Shown: piece after piece, positions 58,539 to 64,000 of the stretch
How the letters are laid out: each line of letters starts with the position of its first letter
Position numbering within the stretch: position 1 is the first letter of the stretch
NCBI GenBank assembly: GCA_048882045.1
Contig: JBHLRZ010000004.1
Coordinates: 46,373 to 110,372 of the forward strand
DNA: 64,000 bases
Direction of reading: 5' to 3'
Source of the DNA: Candidatus Thorarchaeota archaeon
GTDB lineage: Archaea; Asgardarchaeota; Thorarchaeia; Thorarchaeales; Thorarchaeaceae
The notes under the pieces: generated by a model
The model's database searches: none
What the model saw: only the letters and a program-made list of their open reading frames with translations
Told to the model about the DNA's origin: nothing
Position numbers and translations under genes: made by a program

Positions 58539-60521
58539 ATGAGTGATTTCAAACTAGAGGCACCATTCAAACCCACAGGTGATCAACCACAGGCGATAGA
58601 GAAACTAGTGGAAGGTCTTGAGAGTGAACTCCAGCATCAAACACTTCTTGGTGTTACAGGCTCTGGTAAGACTTTTACAATGGCAAACGTCATTGAGGCT
58701 TACAATAAACCTACACTTGTCATCTCACATAACAAGACATTGGCTGCGCAGCTCGCATCTGAATACAAGCAATTCTTCCCTGATGCAGGAGTCGAATACT
58801 TTGTTTCATACTACGACTACTATCAGCCAGAAGCCTATGTTCCCAGTAAGGACATGTACATCGAGAAGGAAACAGACATCAACCAGGAGATTGAGAGACT
58901 TCGACATTCTGCAACTCATTCTTTGAGATCCCGGAGTGATGTCATTGTAGTAGCATCTGTTTCCTGTATATACGGTGTAGGTGATCCGAGTGAGTATGAC
59001 TACTTCAGGATGTACATTGAACGGGGAGGGCAAATTGACCGACGTGAAATCTTGGAACGACTCGTCGCCATGCAATACGAGCGAAATGACATGGAGATCA
59101 AGCCTGGTGTCTTCCGGGTGAGGGGAGATGTCATAGATGTCTATCCCGCTGCTTCAGAGAACAGCTATCGAATTGAGCTCGACGGTGACAAAGTGTACCG
59201 GCTCACTATGCTGGAAGGTCTTACCTCAAAGAAGCTGTATCAACCAGACTGGATTGAATTGTATCCAGCAAAACATCACATAGCCCGTCATGAAACCGTT
59301 ATCGACGCACTGGAACCGATAGAGCAAGAGATGCTTGAGAGGGTTGAGTGGTTCAAGAAGCAAGGGAAGATGGTGGAAGCAGATCGACTGAAGCGAAGAA
59401 CTCTGTATGATATTGAGATGCTTCGGGAGATTGGAATGTGTTCTGGCATAGAGAATTACTCTCGGTTCATTGATGGTCGAAGTGTAGGTGAGAAGCCATA
59501 CACTCTACTCGACTACTTCCCGAAAGATTTCCTCATGATTATCGATGAGTCTCACATGACCATTCCCCAGGTTCGAGGGATGTACAACGGGGACCTTGCG
59601 CGAAAACAGAATTTGGTAGACTATGGATTTCGACTCCCCTCAGCGATTGACAATCGTCCATTGAAGTTTCCAGAGTTCGAGAAATACATGAAACATGTCA
59701 TCTTCACAAGTGCAACTCCGGGACCATACGAGAAGAAGGTAAGCAAACAGATTGTCGAACAGCTACTGAGACCCACTGGTCTCTTGGATCCTGACATAAC
59801 TATCAAACCTGTGATCGGTCAGGTGGACCATCTCCTAGGTGAGATACAGACCACCGTGGGAAAGGGTGATAGAGTCCTCGTGACTACCCTCACAAAGAAG
59901 ACTGCTGAAATGTTGAGTGAGTATCTTATTGAGGCAGGAGTGAAGTCTAGATATCTGCATTCAGACATCGGTACAGTGGAGCGTATCGAAATCATCCGTC
60001 AGCTACGTCAGGCGAAGTTTGATGTCCTTGTTGGTATCAACCTTCTTAGAGAGGGGCTGGACCTCCCAGAGGTCGGACTAGTTGCTATCCTCGATGCAGA
60101 CAAGGAGGGCTTCCTGAGGACAGATTGGGCACTCATCCAGACCATGGGTCGGGCAGCACGAAACGCGAATGGCCGAGTCATTCTATATGGTGACCACACG
60201 TCGAAGGCTATGCAGACTGCAATAGATGAGGTCAACCGACGCAGGTCATATCAAGAGAAGTACAATAAGGAGCATGGAATCACACCTGCGACCATTGTTA
60301 AGGATATTCAGGACATTGCCCAAGGCATCACAGTGCGCCAAGAAAGTGCTCAGACAAAGCTCGAGGATTTCGATCCTATCGAGATGGATGACCTAGCTGA
60401 TTACATCATTGACCTTGAGGAAGAGATGAAGGAAGCAGCAAGGAACCTTGAGTTTGAGAAGGCTGCAAGACTACGTGACAAGATTGCATCATTACGAAAG
60501 AGGGTAGAGGGTATCAGATAG
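58539..60521 (+). CDS. uvrB: Excinuclease ABC subunit B
   Basis: PTGDQPQAI, GVTGSGKT, YYDYYQPEAY, DESH, LREGLDLPEV, C-terminal UVR domain. Confidence 0.97.
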   Translation: MSDFKLEAPFKPTGDQPQAIEKLVEGLESELQHQTLLGVTGSGKTFTMANVIEAYNKPTLVISHNKTLAAQLASEYKQFFPDAGVEYFVSYYDYYQPEAYVPSKDMYIEKETDINQEIERLRHSATHSLRSRSDVIVVASVSCIYGVGDPSEYDYFRMYIERGGQIDRREILERLVAMQYERNDMEIKPGVFRVRGDVIDVYPAASENSYRIELDGDKVYRLTMLEGLTSKKLYQPDWIELYPAKHHIARHETVIDALEPIEQEMLERVEWFKKQGKMVEADRLKRRTLYDIEMLREIGMCSGIENYSRFIDGRSVGEKPYTLLDYFPKDFLMIIDESHMTIPQVRGMYNGDLARKQNLVDYGFRLPSAIDNRPLKFPEFEKYMKHVIFTSATPGPYEKKVSKQIVEQLLRPTGLLDPDITIKPVIGQVDHLLGEIQTTVGKGDRVLVTTLTKKTAEMLSEYLIEAGVKSRYLHSDIGTVERIEIIRQLRQAKFDVLVGINLLREGLDLPEVGLVAILDADKEGFLRTDWALIQTMGRAARNANGRVILYGDHTSKAMQTAIDEVNRRRSYQEKYNKEHGITPATIVKDIQDIAQGITVRQESAQTKLEDFDPIEMDDLADYIIDLEEEMKEAARNLEFEKAARLRDKIASLRKRVEGIR

Positions 60522-63409
60522 TGAAGTCATTGACCAACGACAGAGGCAGCGGTTCTCCAGATGTTCCATTGGAGGGTCCTCAGTCCATACTAGTCGTTGG
60601 TGCTGCGGAAAACAATCTTCGCCACATTTCATGTGAGATTCCGAAGAACAAGTTCACAGTAGTTACCGGGGTTTCAGGTAGTGGAAAGAGCAGCCTGGTG
60701 TTCGACACGATCTTCGCTGAGGGTCAGAGACGCTTCGTTGAGTCTCTCTCTGCCTATGCACGTCAGTTTCTTGGCATGCTAGAGAAACCTAAGGTCGACT
60801 TCATGTCAGGACTCTCACCATCGATCTCGATTGACCAGAAGAGTGTTGGACGCAACCCTCGCTCTACCGTTGGTACAATCACAGAAATCTACGACTATCT
60901 ACGTCTGCTCTACGCAAGAGTAGGTACTCCTCACTGCCCGAAGTGTGGTAAGAAGATCGAACCACAGACCTCGCAACAGATGGTCGATCGCATCCTCCGG
61001 TTTCCTGAAGGGACGAAGATAGTGATACTCGCTCCAATCGTCCGTGGTCGGAAGGGAGAGTATCGAAGGGAATTCAGAGACCTGATCAAGAAGGGATTCA
61101 TTCGAGCTAGAGTTGATGGGGAGCTCGTGGAACTCGAGGACGGAATGTCTCTTGACAGATACTTTGAGCACACCATAGAGGTAGTGGTAGACAGACTTCG
61201 AGTGAAGAAGGATGACCGCAGCAGGATATCGGAAGCTGTCGAGACCTCTCTCAACATGGCAGATGGTGTTGTCTCTGTCGAGAGGGATGGCGGCACTCTT
61301 ACGTTATCGGAGCAGTTCGCCTGTGTGGACTGTGGAATCAGTCTTCCGGAGATGGAACCTCGTATCTTCTCTTGGAACACACCACAGGGAGCATGCACTA
61401 ACTGTACAGGTTTGGGAGTGGTCCGGGAGTTTGATCCCGACCTGTTCATCAAGAATCCTAATCTTTCATTGAATGAGGGTGCGATGATTCCTGACAACTG
61501 GGTACTTCGTAGGAAATTGTTTCACAAGGTGGCTGAGAAGTACGGTTTCACCCTCGATATGCCCTGGAAAGACTTCACCGAGGAGCAGAAGAATATTGTA
61601 TTCTACGGGACTACTGAGAAGTATGATGTCACATGGGAAGGTGGCAACGAAGAGTATGAGGTAAAGTACTCAGGTCATTACAAGAGAGCATTCGAGGGAT
61701 TCGTCATCCGTGCTCAGAGGACCTACAAGAATACAAAGTCCGAGTATCGTCGTCGACAGATAGAACAGCTCATGTCCACACAGAAATGTCCAGTCTGTAA
61801 GGGTCATCGTCTGCGGCCAGAGTCTCAGGCTATAACGATAGGAAATCGCTCGATCTCTGAGATCGGATCTATGTCAATCAAAGATCTTGGTCAGTTCATA
61901 GAAACCGCAAAGATTCCAAAGCGGTTCAGACCGGTCTCCGAGCCGATAATCAAAGAGATTCTCGGTCGCATAGGTTTTCTCCAGGATGTCGGGCTCGAGT
62001 ACCTGACACTGGACAGGCCCGCTCCGTCTCTTGCAGGCGGCGAAGCCCAGAGGATTCGTCTCGCCAGTCAGATCGGTTCGAACCTTGTCGGTGTGACCTA
62101 CGTCTGTGATGAGCCTAGTATCGGACTTCATGCCCGTGACAACCAGCGACTCCTGAACTCGTTGATGAATCTAAGAGACCTCGGCAACACAGTATTGGTC
62201 GTGGAGCATGACGAAGAGACGATCAGGAGTGCAGACTATGTCATCGACCTTGGCGTCGGTGCTGGTGCTGAGGGCGGGGATGTTGTCGTTGCTGGTGAAC
62301 TTGATGATGTGTTGAATTCAGAAACGTCAATCACTGCAAAGTACCTCCGAGGTGATGAGAAGATACCTGTACCTACGGAGCGCCGAAAGTCGAATGGCAG
62401 GTTCATAGAGGTACGTGGTTGTCGCCACAACAATCTGAAGGATCTCAACGTGAGGATACCTCTGGGGCTGTTTGTGGCAGTAACAGGAGTGTCCGGTAGT
62501 GGGAAGAGCTCTCTGGTCGTCGAGACACTGCAACGGGAACTAGCCCGCAGATTCCATCATGCTGAAGCAAAGCCCGGCGAGCATGATGAAATTGTTGGAA
62601 TCGAACAACTGGACAAAGTCATTGTGATTGACCAGAGTCCCATCGGGAGAACCCCGAGAAGTAATCCAGCTACATATGTCGGACTCTGGACTCCACTCAG
62701 AGAACTCTATGCGAGTCTTCCTGAATCGAAGATTCGTGGATACAAGCCCGGTCGTTTCTCGTTCAATGTCAAGAGTGGTAGTTGCCCAAAGTGTAAGGGG
62801 GCTGGTGTAGAGATCATCGAGATGCAGTTCCTCCCTCCTGTTCAGGTAACATGTAGCGAGTGTAAGGGTCGCCGTTACAACAGGGAAACCCTCCAGGTCC
62901 GATTCAAGGGGAAGAATATCTCCGATGTTCTGGATATGAGGATAGACGAGGCCCGTGAGTTTTTCGAGGGAGTGCCTTCGATCCATCGGCGTCTGTCAAC
63001 TCTCTGCGACGTGGGCATGGGATATGTGAAGATGGGACAGCCCGCTACAACGTTGAGTGGCGGAGAAGCTCAGAGGATCAAACTGAGTAAGTTCCTGTCA
63101 AGACCTGCTACCGGACAGACACTGATTTTATTAGATGAGCCCACGACAGGTCTCCACTTTGCCGACATCAAGAAGCTCCTTGAGGTTCTCCACCGCCTGG
63201 TTGACCTCGGAAACAGTGTGCTTGTTATAGAACATCAACTGGATGTTGTGAAGACTGCTGACCATGTCATCGACTTGGGACCTGAGGGTGGGGATGAGGG
63301 TGGTTACATTGTTGCTCAGGGCACTCCGGAAGAGATAGTCGCAGACAAAGCCTCATACACAGGCAAGTACATGTCAGAACTTCTGCAAGAGGGAGGGGCT
63401 GAGATGTGA
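60521..63409 (+). CDS. uvrA: Excinuclease ABC subunit A, copy 1
   Basis: Two GVSGSGKSS Walker A motifs, EGQRRFVESLS, Zn fingers, DQSPIGRTPRSNPATY, LSGGEAQR. Confidence 0.97.
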   Translation: MKSLTNDRGSGSPDVPLEGPQSILVVGAAENNLRHISCEIPKNKFTVVTGVSGSGKSSLVFDTIFAEGQRRFVESLSAYARQFLGMLEKPKVDFMSGLSPSISIDQKSVGRNPRSTVGTITEIYDYLRLLYARVGTPHCPKCGKKIEPQTSQQMVDRILRFPEGTKIVILAPIVRGRKGEYRREFRDLIKKGFIRARVDGELVELEDGMSLDRYFEHTIEVVVDRLRVKKDDRSRISEAVETSLNMADGVVSVERDGGTLTLSEQFACVDCGISLPEMEPRIFSWNTPQGACTNCTGLGVVREFDPDLFIKNPNLSLNEGAMIPDNWVLRRKLFHKVAEKYGFTLDMPWKDFTEEQKNIVFYGTTEKYDVTWEGGNEEYEVKYSGHYKRAFEGFVIRAQRTYKNTKSEYRRRQIEQLMSTQKCPVCKGHRLRPESQAITIGNRSISEIGSMSIKDLGQFIETAKIPKRFRPVSEPIIKEILGRIGFLQDVGLEYLTLDRPAPSLAGGEAQRIRLASQIGSNLVGVTYVCDEPSIGLHARDNQRLLNSLMNLRDLGNTVLVVEHDEETIRSADYVIDLGVGAGAEGGDVVVAGELDDVLNSETSITAKYLRGDEKIPVPTERRKSNGRFIEVRGCRHNNLKDLNVRIPLGLFVAVTGVSGSGKSSLVVETLQRELARRFHHAEAKPGEHDEIVGIEQLDKVIVIDQSPIGRTPRSNPATYVGLWTPLRELYASLPESKIRGYKPGRFSFNVKSGSCPKCKGAGVEIIEMQFLPPVQVTCSECKGRRYNRETLQVRFKGKNISDVLDMRIDEAREFFEGVPSIHRRLSTLCDVGMGYVKMGQPATTLSGGEAQRIKLSKFLSRPATGQTLILLDEPTTGLHFADIKKLLEVLHRLVDLGNSVLVIEHQLDVVKTADHVIDLGPEGGDEGGYIVAQGTPEEIVADKASYTGKYMSELLQEGGAEM

Positions 63410-64000
63410 CCGGCTACATCAAGGTGCGAAAGGCTGAGGAACATAACCTCAAGTCAATCGATGTAGACATTCCTCGAGATCGGCTTGTGGTTGTTACAGG
63501 ACCCAGTGGTTCTGGAAAATCTACGCTTGTGTTTGATACCGTGTTCGCAGAGGGGCAGCGACGCTATGTGGAGAGCTTGTCTTCCTATGCACGAAGGTTT
63601 CTTGGACGCCTCGACAAACCAAAGGTGGACAAGATCACTGGTCTTCCTCCAGCCATATCGATCGAACAGAAAGGACGCACAAAGAACCCACGTAGCACAG
63701 TAGCAACGAGCACTGAGATCCAGGACTACCTTCGACTGCTATACGCCAATATTGGCATCGCACATTGTGTCCAGTGTAAGAAACCTATGGAACAGCTCAC
63801 TGCTGAGTCAGCAGCCAGACTTCTTCTTGATGAGAATGGAGGACAAAGGATTCACATACTCGCCCCTGTCGTGAGGGGTGATACCGGGAATCACGAGGAG
63901 GAATTGGACGGTCTCTTCAAGAATGGATTCGCCAGAGTCCGAGTAGACAGTGAGATCCATGACATCGACGGTCTCCACCTGGATGCTCGGAAGAAACACG
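63406..64000 (+). CDS. uvrA: Excinuclease ABC subunit A, copy 2, 3'-partial and absent from ORF track
   Basis: GTG 63406 overlaps the uvrA1 stop; translates as MTGYIKVRKAEEHNLKSIDVDIPRDRLVVVTGPSGSGKSTLVFDTVFAEGQRRYVESLSSYARRFLG...NPRSTVAT...HCVQC. Confidence 0.93.
   Translation, partial: MTGYIKVRKAEEHNLKSIDVDIPRDRLVVVTGPSGSGKSTLVFDTVFAEGQRRYVESLSSYARRFLGRLDKPKVDKITGLPPAISIEQKGRTKNPRSTVATSTEIQDYLRLLYANIGIAHCVQCKKPMEQLTAESAARLLLDENGGQRIHILAPVVRGDTGNHEEELDGLFKNGFARVRVDSEIHDIDGLHLDARKKH

Noticed and set aside
57884-58546. 220-aa plus-strand ORF
   Set aside because: Largely antisense to the 57803-58222 gene, no motif, atypical composition
1-64000. CRISPR arrays, tRNA/rRNA, SRP or RNase P RNA, transposases, integrases
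   Set aside because: None recognised by eye; covariance-model searches would be needed to exclude divergent RNAs

Overview
Gene-dense archaeal chromosomal segment, most consistent with an Asgard archaeon, probably Thorarchaeia (inference). Evidence: eS17, archaeal ATP-dependent ligase and MetRS, GGAGGTGA-type Shine-Dalgarno (SD) sites, many GTG/TTG starts, and large surface proteins with longin-like tails. In order: a rubredoxin-fused alpha-hydroxyacid oxidoreductase and korAB-fumC-sdhAB operon; an orphan DNA methyltransferase; rps17e; lig-PTPS-folE2; three tandem receptor-like membrane proteins; an HhH membrane protein; a serine hydrolase; a central locus with a SAM-methyltransferase/HgcA-like corrinoid fusion plus an HgcB-like ferredoxin; metG; many small enzymes and membrane proteins; SRAP; two FtsX-like permeases; a Walker-A-less RadA paralog; and uvrB-uvrA-uvrA (second uvrA runs off the window and is missing from the ORF track). 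Best candidates for new biology: (1) the MTase-HgcA-like/HgcB-like locus with a repeated palindromic operator that also precedes the next membrane gene; (2) the graded receptor-like trio with cytoplasmic longin-like plus winged-helix tails; (3) tandem divergent UvrA copies; (4) several unannotated micro-ORFs and structured intergenic elements. I saw no rRNA, tRNA, CRISPR array or transposase by eye. All family calls come from motif recognition, not database searches.
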